A stretch of DNA of 64,000 nt from Camelus dromedarius. Taxonomy: Eukaryota. Positions 51,961-64,000 of the stretch are shown here, piece by piece. Both the position numbers and the translations under genes were made by a program. The notes below the pieces were generated by a model that was given only the letters and a program-made list of their open reading frames with translations, made no database searches and was not told the origin of the DNA. Positions within the stretch are counted from its first letter, which is position 1, and each line of letters opens with the position of its first letter. The stretch covers positions 93,746,001 through 93,810,000 of the forward strand of contig NC_087437.1 in assembly GCF_036321535.1 (NCBI RefSeq). The letters run 5' to 3'.

Positions 51961-52414
51961 TCTTTACCATGAGGTCTGACACTAACTTCAGGACTTGGAC
52001 ACTCTGTTGGAGATCACAGATTCTGAATTATACAACAAGATTAATAAAAAAAAAATTACAGGAGTCTTTTAAAAATGAAATTGCCAAAGACTTTTTTTGG
52101 GGGAGATTTTGATATGAGTTTGATATGAGGTTTGGTAGGTTTTTTTAAAATATATAAACAAGAAATTAATTATGACTTGGTGAATCAATTTTAATTTCTT
52201 AAACTAAAGCAAATTATGTAGTATATAGTTACATATTTAAACTTTCATTGTATATTTAATTATACATGTATCTGTTTTAATTATAAAACTAATGATGTTT
52301 ATGTTAAATACATGTGTGACATTCATATTTTAATCCCTACTCTGTTTTACATACAGAAAAGAAATGGTTGGCACTTATGATACAGTGTTAGAACTTCATG
52401 CGGTATGATGTTAG

Positions 52415-52596
52415 AATTACATGTGTTTTAATTTATTTATTGTCACATGAATCCTATAAGGTAGATACTCCTATTGTTTCCATGTAATTGATATGAGGAC
52501 TGAGAAATAAAGAGGTTATATCACTTGTGAGCATAGGAATTACGGTGAACTCAAATACAGTATCAGGCAATCAGACATCAGAGCTCATGCTCTTTA
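52415..52596 (-). mobile_element. MIR SINE
   Basis: atcctataaggtagatactcctatt...atgaggactgagaaataaagaggttatatcacttg...cagagctcatgctctt. Confidence 0.7.
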
Positions 52597-52873
52597 TACA
52601 AAGGTATACCGTGAAAATTTAGTTCTGTGAAACCCTGTATCGTACCTGATTCTGTGTTTGCATTATTTCTTGCAAGGTCAAATTACAATGACCATAGCTT
52701 CATTACATTCTTTCTTGTTTTTTCTTAATTGGTAGACAAGATCATACTGTGTTTTCCTGATAATTAAATGATATCAGTCCTGCTAATTCACTAGCATTAA
52801 TCTAGACATTAAATATGCACTTAATGCTAGTTACACATTAACCTTCAAATTAAATAATTTTCAAATTTCAATA

Positions 52874-53093
52874 CAGTTGTTTCTCAGTGTCTGTGATGGA
52901 TTGGCTTCAGGACCTTCCCTGGCAAAATCCCTATTTGCTCCAGTCCCATAATCAGGCCTCTTATCAGTAGATTCATTATCTACAGATTCCACCTATTGTG
53001 TAGGTCATAAACATAGTACTATTATTTATTGGAAAAACTCTGCTTGTAAGTAGACGATTGAAGTTCACACCTCCATTGTTCTAGGGTCAACTG
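52874..53093 (+). mobile_element. MER8-like TcMar-Tigger MITE
   Basis: TIRs cagttg.../...agggtcaactg; internal ggattggcttcaggacc; TA on the left flank, TG on the right. Confidence 0.78.
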
Positions 53094-53391
53094 TGTTCTG
53101 CTCTTTATTGTGAGTTGTTGTTTTCCAATCTTCGTGCTGTAGGTCTAGTCATTTTTAATTTAAAAAATATGTTATGATATGTTTGGTATTTCCTTTAGTA
53201 ATATAATTTTAGGAGCATTTTTTCCAAGTTCCAATAGAAATTCTACTAGAATTTTATTTTAATTCCTGTGAACTATAAATTAATTCAAACAAGCATGTGT
53301 GTAACATTTTTTCATATGTAAGAGTATGGTATGTTTATTCATTTTTAACATATTTTAAATATCTCATATATTATTTTATTAAATATTCAAA

Positions 53392-53890
53392 TGAAGCCTA
53401 TTAGGAAAGGCAGACATACTCAGCCGCCCTTTTATGGTAGTGTCGGAGCTTGCCGTAGGTCTGGGGCGCCTCTTTATAGGAGAGAAGGAGCCTCACGGCC
53501 TGTGCAGGCCACATGCCTTTGTTTGAGAATATTTTCCAGTTCTGGGTTTGATGTATATACTTCTTTGTTCTGCTTAAGGTGGGTGCATCACATAGCACCT
53601 GGCTGTATCTGTTCTCAGGGGAGGAGGGAAAACTTCCTTTGCCTCCAGCACATGAGGGGTGGATGCAGACCCTCTCTCTGTGTCAGTTGTGGGGTGATGG
53701 GCCACTGACCATGGGCCACTGCAGCTCACTATTGAAGCTGATCTTGCTCTGTCTCTTCTTTATGTTTGAGCACAGTGTTGTTCTTTCCAGTCTCTGCATG
53801 AGTCCTGTCTTTCTTGGTGACTCTGACACCTGCAGTGAGTTGGCCTCCTGGAACTGCTGCTCCTGGTGGCAGCATTGCCATGTCCTTTGT
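53392..53890 (+). mobile_element. ERVL LTR, MER54/MER74/MER88-group-like
   Basis: GC-richer block; ttctttgttctgcttaag, catcacatagcacctggc and tgaagctgatcttgctctgtctcttct recall this LTR group. Family name from memory only. Confidence 0.5.
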
Positions 53891-53959
53891 TTTCCTCTAC
53901 GCAGTGGAATTTCTCTCCTGAAGGTGGAAACAGGTGTTTCTTGCTAGACAGTGCCTATA

Positions 53960-54090
53960 TAGTAGCTATTATTAGCCTTATTTTACAGGTAAAGAAGAAT
54001 TGCTTTAAAAAGTATTCAAAATTGTGAAGTATCATAAAGCTATTAAGAAGTGATTTTGACCTCAGTCAATTATTTTTTGACCCCAAACTT
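53960..54090 (-). mobile_element. MIR fragment
   Basis: ctattattagccttattttacaggtaaagaa. Confidence 0.5.
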
Positions 54091-55316
54091 TATAGCTGTT
54101 GATACCAGGTTTTCCTTTTACTTCCTATAATTCTTGCAAACCTATTCTATGCTTTTACCTTTCTGTAATGTTGTTGTAGCCACTGTGTGTATAGAATCTT
54201 TATCTTTTTCATTAAAGCATGGCAATTTACATCAGTAGGTAGAGAGATCAAAGATAACAGATGCACATTTGACTGCAAGAACCTAAAAAGACAGCAATTA
54301 ATATTTATATTTTCTGAACGACTATTAAGCATTGGAATTCTGATACTTAGTAGCATAGAAGAGCCTTGATTGGGTCACACTTGAAATGAGATCATTTAAA
54401 TTAGTTCAGACAGATTTCTAAGACACCTGCCTTTTTTTAACCTTGCCAAAATAAGATTAAATTGCCCATCAAATTGTTCCTGTCTTATATGAAATTACTA
54501 ATATCCAATCTAAGGAGAATGATTTATGTAAGTAAGGCAGTTTAAAAGAGAATAAAATATAGACAGTGAGAAAAAATGAAAATCTCATATTGTGTGTACT
54601 TTTTGTAAAGAGATGAAGGTCAAAAGGAGTATTCTTAGAAAGGACACTAAAACTGCCATGGTGATGTGCTCCTGTCCATAAACTATAGTTTCACCATAAA
54701 GTCATCATAAAGTGTAACGTGATTCACCAATCAGAATAGAATTTTGGAATTAATTACTACTAAATTCAAAAAGGTTTATCAAGTGAGATTTCAAGAATAT
54801 TATTTCTAATTTATTATTATCAGTATGTGATGCATAGAAAGGATGCATAACCATTCTATAACTAAAACAAGGTTACTCAAAAATAGAAATGATATGTTGG
54901 GGTAGGTAACATACACAGCTAAAAAAGAATCTGTCATGTACCTTACATGCTATGTCATAAGAAAGTTACTACATGAGCAAGAAGACGTGTTAATTCTTAT
55001 TTTCACACTTCATCTCAATATTATATTGGTGGATAATTAATTCTTTATTTTAAAACAAATCTTGATTTTCAGCAACTATTGAGCTAACCAAGTACCATGA
55101 TACACCCTTAGTTGGTACTTTTTGGCAATGTAATTTACTCATAATGTACCTAAGAACAGAAAATTATCTTTTTTAATGTATATGAATCCAATAAATGGAA
55201 TAACAGAGTACAAATCAACTAATATTATATTCAGAATTGAACATCTACTCTGTGTCACCTAGTATTTTACAACACTAACTTAATTTAGCAAAATGTTGAC
55301 ATTGTGGAAAAATCAA

Positions 55317-55555
55317 AGGCAATATAGTATGAGGGTTAAGCACAAGTCTTTGCTGTCAGACAGATGTATTTTGTCACTAAATACCTGTGTAATTTTCCTC
55401 AAGTTAAACTTCTCTAAGTTCCTATCTCTTACTCTTTAAAATAGTAATAATAATATTAACAATAATAATAGTGATAATAATGAATATCCAATAGGCTGGT
55501 TGAAACCAATAAAGGGTGCATTACATATAAAGCTTAGCAGGTTGGAACTGTTCAT
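55317..55555 (+). mobile_element. MIR SINE
   Basis: ggcaatatagtatgagggttaagcacaag...tgtcagacaga...caagttaaacttctctaag...taaaatagtaataata. Confidence 0.68.
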
Positions 55556-57298
55556 TAACTGTGGGTTGTTAATTTAACAAAATTTTATTTATGGACATTA
55601 AGTAAATATACTGTTAGTAACTCTATGAATCCTTTTGTAAATAATACTTACTAAAATATGTAAAAAGAAGAAAGTCTAATGATCTGTTTTAGTTCAGATT
55701 GAGTATACTGGCTATATATATAATACTTGTTGAAGATCTTTTTTCAAAATTGTTTCTTGGGTACAAAGCTCTGAGACTAGATTCAAATCATAAAATGCAT
55801 GACCTTGAAAAAAATGTTCTCCCTTAGGATTCTTTGACCAGTCTGATTGCTATCATTGGCTACCTTTTAAATAGAACAATGATAATCCAGACATTTTGGG
55901 TGGAAATACTAGGTTGCAATATGAGGGACAGTCTCGTAGAATGAGCTAATGTTTTGGTAAAGAACAAATTGTGACTCTGTTTCCTTGTGCATTAGTCATA
56001 CAAACCTACATACTGCCAGTGGTAGGTGAAGCAGACATTCATAATTGGATAACCTGAGGATAATGTGTAGGCTCTTTTTTACTGGTTTTACTGGTAGCTG
56101 GCAGTGGATAATTGTCAAAATTCCTAATCAAGAATTTGCACTGTCATTTTCCAATCCTGTTCTCCTTTGTTCCTTTCTAGATCACAAAATCAGTAACAGA
56201 GAATTTTTTTACAAATTTAATCTCTCACATCATAATTTAGTCTAGAGAACAGATAGAAAATCATGTACTATTATGTTAAGAGCAGCATTTCTAATAGAAA
56301 TTTTGTGTTATGCAGCAAAACCTAGTTGGAAAAAATTCACATCTTGATGATGTAGAGTTCTGTTCTGTTCAAAATTTTATTCAGAATACTGGATAAAGAA
56401 ATGCTAAATGACCTATGGGAATTTGTAACACATTGCTGTGGTCACTTGTGTTTAGTTTATGATGTGAAGAAAATAATAAAATTTGTGAAAAGTATCCATT
56501 TGTGTTAAATAAACCACACTCCCACATCCATATTGTCACTAATGAAACCTTTAAAGAAACTTACCTTCAAAGTGAAAGAATACTTATCAATTTTATGATA
56601 TCCATAGGGTCATGCTGTACTAATTTAATTTACCAAGAAATATATTGTTTTCATACTTCAGTTTATTGAATAACCATACTCTAAAATACAGAACTTAAAT
56701 TTTTTTTTACTAGACATCAATTACCTGATTTTTTCCTTTTAATTTATTATACCATGGCTTGCTTCATATTGAATGGATAAAGTACCACTCTCTTCAAATA
56801 ACTATTGCCTTTTACCTAATGATCCAATAAATTAATGCTTGTTTGATGAGTGTGTACGCTGCCTTTCCAAACTCAATAGACAGTTGTCAGTGCTTTTAAG
56901 AAGAGGCAATATTTTCTCTTGTTCTGAATGTTTCAAAGGATCAGCAGTTAATATAGTATTTTCTGTAACAATTAAATTAAATTGCTAAGTTTTGTTTCTC
57001 CATATGTTCAATGTTTTTGATTAAGTAATGCCTTAAAGGATATTTTAATATTGTAAGTGCATTGCCTTCATGAGCCAGACTTTACTTTTTAAATGATGGG
57101 TGGCTTCCTGCCATTACATTTTCATGCCAAGTAATAGTAATATAGTCTTATGAAGTAGAGAAAATATATTCATCTGTGTAGGCCAATCCTGAAAGACAAA
57201 TGCCAAAAGAATTTTGCATTGTTACACAGAAAATAAGTATTAAAAGTTATAAATAATAAAAAGCTGTATAAGCTTTAGAAAACAAAGTGGCAGCATTT

Positions 57299-58159
57299 TT
57301 TTTTTATTTTTATTTTTTATTTATTTATTTTTATTATATTTATTTTATTTATATTTATTTAACATTTTTTATTGAGTTATAGTCATTTTACAATGTTGTG
57401 TCAAATTCCAGTGTAGAGCAGTTTTTCAGTTATACATGGACATACATATATTCATTGTCACATTTTTTTTGCTGTGAGCTATCATAAGATCTTGTATATA
57501 TTTCCCTGTGCTATACAGTATAATCTTGTTTATCTATTCTGCATATACCTGTCAGTATCTACAAATTTTGAAATCCCAGTCTGTCCCTTCCCACCCCCTG
57601 CCCCCTTGGCAACCACAAGTTTGTATTCTATGTCTGTGAGTCTGTTTCTGTTTTGTATTTATGTTCTTTTTTTCTTTTTTTGATTCCATATATAAGCGAT
57701 CTCATATGGTATTTTTCTTTCTCTTTCTGGCTTCTTCTCTTAGAATGCCATTCTCCAAGGACATCCATGTTGCTGCAAATGGTGTTATGTTGTCATTTTT
57801 TATGGCTGAATAGCATTCCATTGTATAAATATACCACATCGTCTTTATCCAGTCTTCTGTTGGTAGAAATTTAGGCTGTTCCCATGTCTTGGCTATTGTA
57901 AACAGTGCTGCTATGAATATTGGGATGCACGTGTCTTTTTGAAGTAGGGTTCCTTCTGGATATATGCCCAGGAGTAGGATTACTGGGTCATATGTTTAAG
58001 TCTATTCCTAGTCTTTTGAGAAATCTCCATACTGTTTTCCACAGTGGCTGCACCAAACTGCCTTCCCACCAGCAGTGTAGGAGGGTTCCCTTTTCTCCAC
58101 AGCCTCTCCAGCATTTGTTATTTGTGGACTTTTGAATGATGGCCATTCTGACTGGTGTG
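57299..58159 (-). mobile_element. Young 5'-truncated L1 (ORF2 C-terminus, 3'UTR, A-tail) with TSD
   Basis: Peptide [48 protein letters not shown] is the L1 ORF2 Cys-rich C-terminus; T-rich tail at about 57299-57370; TSD CAAAGTGGCARCATTT at 57283-57298 and 58160-58175. Confidence 0.95.
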
Positions 58160-58449
58160 CAAAGTGGCAACATTTATGAATCTAAAGACCAAGCAAAACA
58201 CATTTAGTTTTTGAAATAAAAGTTTACATAACATGACATTCACTTGCCAATTCATACTTTATTTGAATTTGAGAAGAATTCCACTAAACCAAAGCATGGA
58301 TGATAGTCACTTAACTAGAATATGTGACACGAATTTTGAAGTCTAGGCTGACCCACAAGGTAACAGGCTTTCAAAACATTCACACATTCTCTTGAGAAAA
58401 TTTCAACAGAGGTGGGCAAATTTTTATGCGTAACAATGTTTAAAAGTCT

Positions 58450-59260
58450 TCTTCTTGTGGACATGATGGAATTACTGGCACCATACTTATGCCCTTCTAT
58501 GAGCAACTATAAAATTGGAAAAATATATTTAAAAAATCCCAACTAATTTCAGTCTTCAAACGATAGGCAACGCAGACTCTAATCCGTCAGAAAAATGGAT
58601 CCTCTTATGATCCCTGATGAGCCCAACAATTTCATTGGCTTTCTGCCAGGAGTTAGTTTCTAGATAACAGTACAGGATAGCAGCCTCACTGAATTGAGGA
58701 GATAAGAGACTAGGAAGGCAGACACGTCTGCACTTTGGTTTGCAGAGTAACGGGGAGGAGGAAGTTATAGAGAAAAAAGTATCTCTAAGTACTAGATGGA
58801 TTTCTCTTTGGATCTATTGCCCAGTAATGAATTGCAGGTGAGTAGGATACAACCCCATTAGGACAGGCAAAGAATGACTCCAGAGATACAAGCCGGACAA
58901 TTCTCACAGCTCACACTAGGCTGCTCTCAGAGACCTTCTAGTGATGACTAGTCATGGTGCAGAGTCCTCACTGAACACCTGGTTCACTTGATGGACACAT
59001 GATAAAAATCATATCTTAGGAAACTTGAATTATTCCTAGATTGCAGCCTGTTTTAACTCATACCAGAGCTTAAATTGAGTTTCAAAAGGATCCAGAAAAT
59101 TGGAAAGTCTGGTAACTGCCTGACTGGAAAAACAAAACAAAACAAAACAAAACAAAACAAAACAAAATAAAACCTCCTATACTCTGTAAAGGGAGACAAC
59201 AGTATCCAACACTCAATAATGTTAAGTGTATGATGTTCAAGGTCTAGTCGATAGTTACTA
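58450..59260 (+). mobile_element. Old L1M 5'UTR region
   Basis: acatgatggaattactggcacc...caactataaaattggaaaaatatat...cagcctcactgaattgaggaga; later aaaggatccagaa and gtaactgcctg. Confidence 0.6.
59127..59173. repeat. (AAAAC)n microsatellite
   Basis: Seen directly. Confidence 0.93.
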
Positions 59261-59324
59261 TATATGTTCGACTTTTGCTCTAGCTTAGAATGTGGACAGC
59301 TGCACAGCAAGGTTTCTCTCACCC

Positions 59325-60970
59325 TAACTGATGATGAGAGAAATCCAGGCAATCTGCAAAATTATATGTTTTGAACCCATGAGAGACACTGAGGTCACCA
59401 GGCAGCAGGTGAACTGAATTCTGAAGGGTGAGGATAAGCCACTCTGAGGACAGTGGGAACCTGTGAACAATTTTAACTTTGGCAGATGATAGAAGAAGGA
59501 GGTAGCAGGCATAAAAGTACTTAAGAAGAAAACACCGGAAAATGCAGTGAGTTCTTAAAGGCCGAGTGTGGACTAACCTGAGAGTCTTGAACTGGTAGAA
59601 ACCCTGGATGCAAGAGGGGTCCTCAGTTACTAACTAGCCCTTTATAATGGGCCTTCATCAAGTGCCCGTGAGAAAGTTTGGGAGCAGGAGCAGGTGCCCT
59701 GAGAGAGCCCCTTGGTGGTGGAGGCACGCAGGACTGCTGAGTTCTGAGACTGGAACGGAAGTGCTAAGCAGGGCCCATTTGTGTTCCAGGCCCTGCATTA
59801 GTGCAGAGTAGTAGTATCAGCTGGGAAGAGAGACCGAATATGCCAGCACCAGGAGCCTTTGATAGGAAGCAAAATCTGATTTCCACTGGGGAATGACCAC
59901 CGTCGACCTGACCCTGCTCCGACCTGAGGAGGAACAGATACTTGGAGAGCAACTTGGTCTCTGGAGCAGCAGGTGTGCAGAACCCACAGAAGACGGAACG
60001 TGGAACAAGAATACTGAGGAAAAAAAAACCCAAAAACAAAAAAGCTATCTGGCACTTTAGGCTGCACACTAAAAATAAGGCAGTGTCTGTCAGCCACTGA
60101 AGGGATTTTAAGCCTGTGATTCAGTGAAGGTAGTTATAGCAACAGTAGAGCTCAAACCAAGATCAAGTCCTGTCTAGATTGATTCAGACCTCACAGAGAC
60201 CATAAAGAAGAGGCACGCCAATGTGAAAGCATACACAGTATCTGACGCAGTGTCTACAGCTCTCTTGCACATAAGTCATCAAAAAACTATGAAACACACA
60301 AAATAAGCAATAATAGACAACCCATTATGAATAGATAAAATAGTAACACTAGGAAGAGATAAAGTCCAGGTGTTGGAACTATCAAACATATTCTTCAAAG
60401 TAATATAATTGATATATTAAAAAATAGGCTTAAAAATGTACACATATATGGAAAAAAATTAAATGTCATCAGAGTAAAACAGTAAAAATTCTAAATAAAA
60501 TGCTAATAATTGAAAACACAGTGTCAGAAATGAAGAATTTCTTCAGTGGAGTTACAACTAACTGGATAGATCTGAATAAAGAATAAGTGAACTTGAGGAG
60601 AGATCAATTGAAATTATGCAAACTGAACCAAAATGGGAATCTCAGATAGGGGGAAAAAATCTTAGAATCTAAAAGGGCAATATCAAATTTGTAATATATA
60701 TGTAATTTTTGTTTCAGAAAGAAAACAGTAAGGTAGGAAAATATATAAAAGATAACAGCTAAGAGTTCTCCCAAATTAATGAAAAATCACAAATTTCAGA
60801 TCCAAGAAGCTCAGAGAATCCAAAGCAAGATAGTTATAAAGAAAAACAAACCAAGATACCTCATAGTAAGACTATTGAAAACCAATGATAAACAGAACCT
60901 TTGTTTATAGTCAAAAAGAATAAAAAGAATCATTACAGACAGGAGAAAAGTGAAAGTAATAGACTCATTT
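59325..60970 (+). mobile_element. Old L1M 5'UTR and ORF1
   Basis: GC-richer 5'UTR-like block, then ORF1 motifs cagaaatgaagaatttcttcagtgg, aaagaataagtgaacttgag, cagatccaagaagctcagagaatcc and ttgaaaaccaatgataaa. Confidence 0.72.
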
Positions 60971-60984
60971 CTGCCCAAGATATA

Positions 60985-61160
60985 GAAACAGTGACCAGAG
61001 CTCCCCTACTATTTGAAACAACTATCAAAGAGAGAGAAACTGTATGCAACCAAAATATTCCAGATAATAGACTTTAGGTAATGAAGGATGATAATCCTTG
61101 GAAGATAGAGCAAATGAGGTTAAGCCCTACGATTGTCCCAGTTACTACCTAGATTCTCCA
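60985..61160 (+). mobile_element. Old L1M extreme 5' fragment
   Basis: Loosely parallels 58470-58660 (aacaactatcaaa...aaatgaggttaagccctacgattgtcccagttactacct). Confidence 0.5.
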
Positions 61161-61237
61161 ATATAACCTATGCTAAGAATATTTTATTTGTAGTCAACTT
61201 TGATCATCTCTAAAATATAAAAAATAATAATAATAAT

Positions 61238-61355
61238 AATTGCTGAATCATATGGTATATTTTTTCAAGGCTTTTGATACAGTTGAACAGATTTCTCTTC
61301 AGATTGGTCAGACCAGTGTCAATATACATCACCAGTATATGAGTGCATCCTTTAC
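61238..61355 (-). mobile_element. L1ME fragment
   Basis: attgctgaatcatatggtatat...cttttgatac...caccagtatatgagtg. Confidence 0.55.
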
Positions 61356-61769
61356 AAATTATTATAAATTGACTTATTTTTTAGCTTGCTTCTAACACTT
61401 CTTGCAAGGGAGAATTCTATCTTATTTTTGTCCCAAAGCCTAGCCCAGTTTCTAGAATGAGCTAAGCAGTAGCTGGCATTCCATCAGGCTGCATAACTCA
61501 GTACCTGTACATGACAGGCATCATCTTCAAGCACAGAGGTTTACCATGTAACCTCAGAATGCAAGGATCTCTGAGTTCAGAAAGAAGACAGGTATGTTCA
61601 TCATCAACTGATCTTTCAGAAGTATGAAGAGATGGTGTGAAATCTAGCTGCTTTAGAAAGGAGGAAAAAGATTAGTAATCAAGGACACATTAATTAATAA
61701 AGAGAGATACAAAATATATTTATGTTTTAGCTTGCCCTTGAGTGAACATAAAATATTCAGTGTGCACAA

Positions 61770-62180
61770 CGAGGATTTAAAAGGCAGGAAAACAAAACAT
61801 TGCTTTGGGCAGAATGATAAAATTGGTGGGACAGCAGTGTTTGTGCTAGGGAGTGGCTATGAGGCTGGCTGAAAAGAAGGTTAGAGAGAGAATTTATAGG
61901 TATTTAAGAACAAAACCAAAGAGCTGAGACTATTTTTGTGTTTCTTCTTTACTTATTTGTTGGTTAGTGGTGATGGTGGTGTTTTTGTTTAAGCAGTAGA
62001 GAGAGAGAATATGTTTTTGTTTGCTTTTTTTATTTATTAACTTTAGATGAATTGGTTAACACTACGCAGAATGAATTGGCTGTAAATGGGAGAATTAAAA
62101 AAGCACTGAAGGCAAGATGGATATTAGGAAGCTACTAAAATTGTTTAAGTAAAATATTATACAAGACTTCACTAAGTTAT
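61770..62180 (-). mobile_element. L2 fragment
   Basis: atgaggctgg, aagagctgagact, tttaagcag, gaaggcaagatggatattaggaagctact. Confidence 0.5.
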
Positions 62181-62989
62181 AGGATAACTTACATATAGCA
62201 TGAGGAGTCTAGCAGAGAATTTGGAGTCAGGCGTCCAAACAGGTTTATGTAGGTCTTCCTTTAACAAGAATAAAACATTTCCTTGGCTTTTCTTTTTAAA
62301 GGTCCATCCCATCTGTTTACAATTCCTCAGCCACAATAAAATATCATTTATTGTCTACAAGTCTTGACTCAGTATGGTTTTATGCTCTAGACTAAGAATT
62401 TCCTATATGCTGGTGTGTCTCCTGGGAAATAAGTAATGCTACAGTAGGACAATGTTGTCAACAGAAAGAGATCAGTGATGCACGTGAGTGAGGGGGAGGA
62501 AGTAAGAAAACAATCTGGATTGTGTTTCTTAACCAAAGACAGTAAATTCAATTATCATTGCTGCAATTATCTGGATTCTAAGTCAAATAAGCAACTAGAC
62601 TATTAATGAAAAGATTATTTAGGGGACAATATACAGATTAGTACATTACTACTGAATCAGAAGTAATGAGGAAACAATATACTTGATAATTCACCTTTCA
62701 TAGAGGAATCATTTAGAGGATATGGGAAATAAAGAGAAAGAACGAACTAAACCAAAAACTGAATTGAAATCAGAGGCAGAGTGAAAGAATAAAATCTATC
62801 TTTAAATTAATAACAGAGCTTTGTTTTTCCTTTAGCTGTTTCTTCATTATATTTAATCTACACAGAATTGTGTCGTTTATTTAAAATTATTCAAACACAC
62901 ATAAAATGCTGTCATATTGTGAATAAGCTTGAAAATCTGCTGTTTCCATGAAAGAATTAGATAATTTAGATTCACTCAGAAGTTATCAA

Positions 62990-63280
62990 GCAACTCATGG
63001 ATTTGCATCTCAGAGTAAAGACAAGGCATTTTCCGTGGCCCAGGTATTATGCTGACCTCATCTCCTACCATATTCCTCCTTACTGACTCACTCAATTCCA
63101 AGAACACTGCCATCCATATAGTGCTCCTTTTTGCAGATGCCAAGAACACTCCTATCTTATAATCATTGTACAGTTAATTCCTCTGCTTGAAAGTATCTTC
63201 CCTCTGATACCCACATAGCTTGCTTCCTAACTTCCTGTAAATCATTACTTTATATCATCTCTTCAGAAAGGCCTACCGTC
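62990..63280 (+). mobile_element. L2 fragment
   Basis: ctcagagtaaa, gacctcatctcctacca, ttcctctgcttgaaa, ccacatagcttgcttcct, tcttcagaaaggcct. Confidence 0.7.
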
Positions 63281-63456
63281 ATTAAAGCAGAAACTTATCT
63301 CCCAGAGAAGCCTTTGGACTTCTTATCATCTCAGATGCTACCTATTGACTTGTTCATTTTTCCTTGCTTTTATTCTCCCAACTAGATATTATTTTTTTTT
63401 AGTTTTTAACATTCATGAGACTAGCCTTCATTTTTCCTTTCTTTCTCTCCACAGTG

Positions 63457-63508
63457 AGGGGCTTAAACTAGACAATATTTAAAGTTGTGTCTTCAGTATT
63501 CTATGATT
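63457..63508 (+). mobile_element. CR1/L3- or MIR3-type 3' terminus
   Basis: ggggcttaaactagacaatatttaaagtt...attctatgatt resembles 'ttggactagatgatctctaaggtc...attctatgatt'. Confidence 0.4.
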
Positions 63509-64000
63509 GCAATTTCCAGTAAGGTTATTGTTTTGTTGGCTTACTCTTCCTATTTATACTTTGAGTTAACTTTATTACCGAAATACAGAAAGCTTACTTC
63601 TTTTTAGGATTGCAACTCTGATTTCATGTGAAAATGAAGACAGGATATCAGAATGCCTTCTACAAAAACTCACCTTAGAGCAATTTTACTAAATCCTATC
63701 TAGATCATCACACAATGGATTGTCAAGAGTCTCATTACCATCATGTGAATTGCTATTAATGGCTCTATTTAGAAATGCTATTTTTATGTAATTCATTTTC
63801 AGTATCATTTTTGTGCATTTACCAAACAAAGCTAACAGAAGATCTCTATCTGAATTTGTACAACCTTTTAAGTTTCTAAGTGTGTTTCTGCTGATTTAAA
63901 AGAATTAGCCTCAAAATGTAAATAATTTTCAATAGTTAACTCACACATAAATACAAAGCAAATGTATCTCTGTATAAGCATTGCTTCTGACATTTGTGTT

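Noticed and set aside
53391..53947. Overlapping 65-122 aa ORFs
   Set aside because: Chance ORFs in a GC-richer LTR-like block
935..56567. Several consensus minus-strand donors (935, 28367, 50001, 56559)
   Set aside because: A few AGGTAAG per strand are expected by chance at this base composition, and I found no convincing acceptor plus open frame upstream of them
59764..60097. Three overlapping minus-strand ORFs
   Set aside because: They lie within L1 5'UTR-like sequence and show no protein similarity
63431..63460. Strong-looking plus-strand acceptor (ctttctctccacag)
   Set aside because: Followed at once by a CR1/MIR3-type repeat end, with no convincing open frame or donor

Overview
AT-rich (roughly 35% GC by eye), CpG-depleted placental-mammal DNA. 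I find no protein-coding exon, RNA gene, CpG-island promoter or CRISPR array that I can support. The window is a mosaic of decayed transposable elements: MIR and L2 fragments, many L1 pieces in both orientations, MaLR/ERVL LTRs (MLT1, MLT2, one MER54/MER74-like) and small DNA transposons (MER2B, MER8, MER5, MER103-like). Microsatellites and repeat-poor stretches, some possibly enhancers, lie between them. A tRNA-Ala-derived SINE resembling camelid vic-1 (14721-14894) suggests a camel/alpaca/llama genome. The most structured object is a two-LTR MaLR element (about 11.8-15.1 kb) carrying three younger nested events. The only recognisable peptides in the ORF track are L1 ORF1/ORF2 remnants. I did not find a convincing new biological system; the findings are modest hypotheses. 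Repeat family names come from my recall of consensus sequences, not from a search, and boundaries of old elements are approximate.
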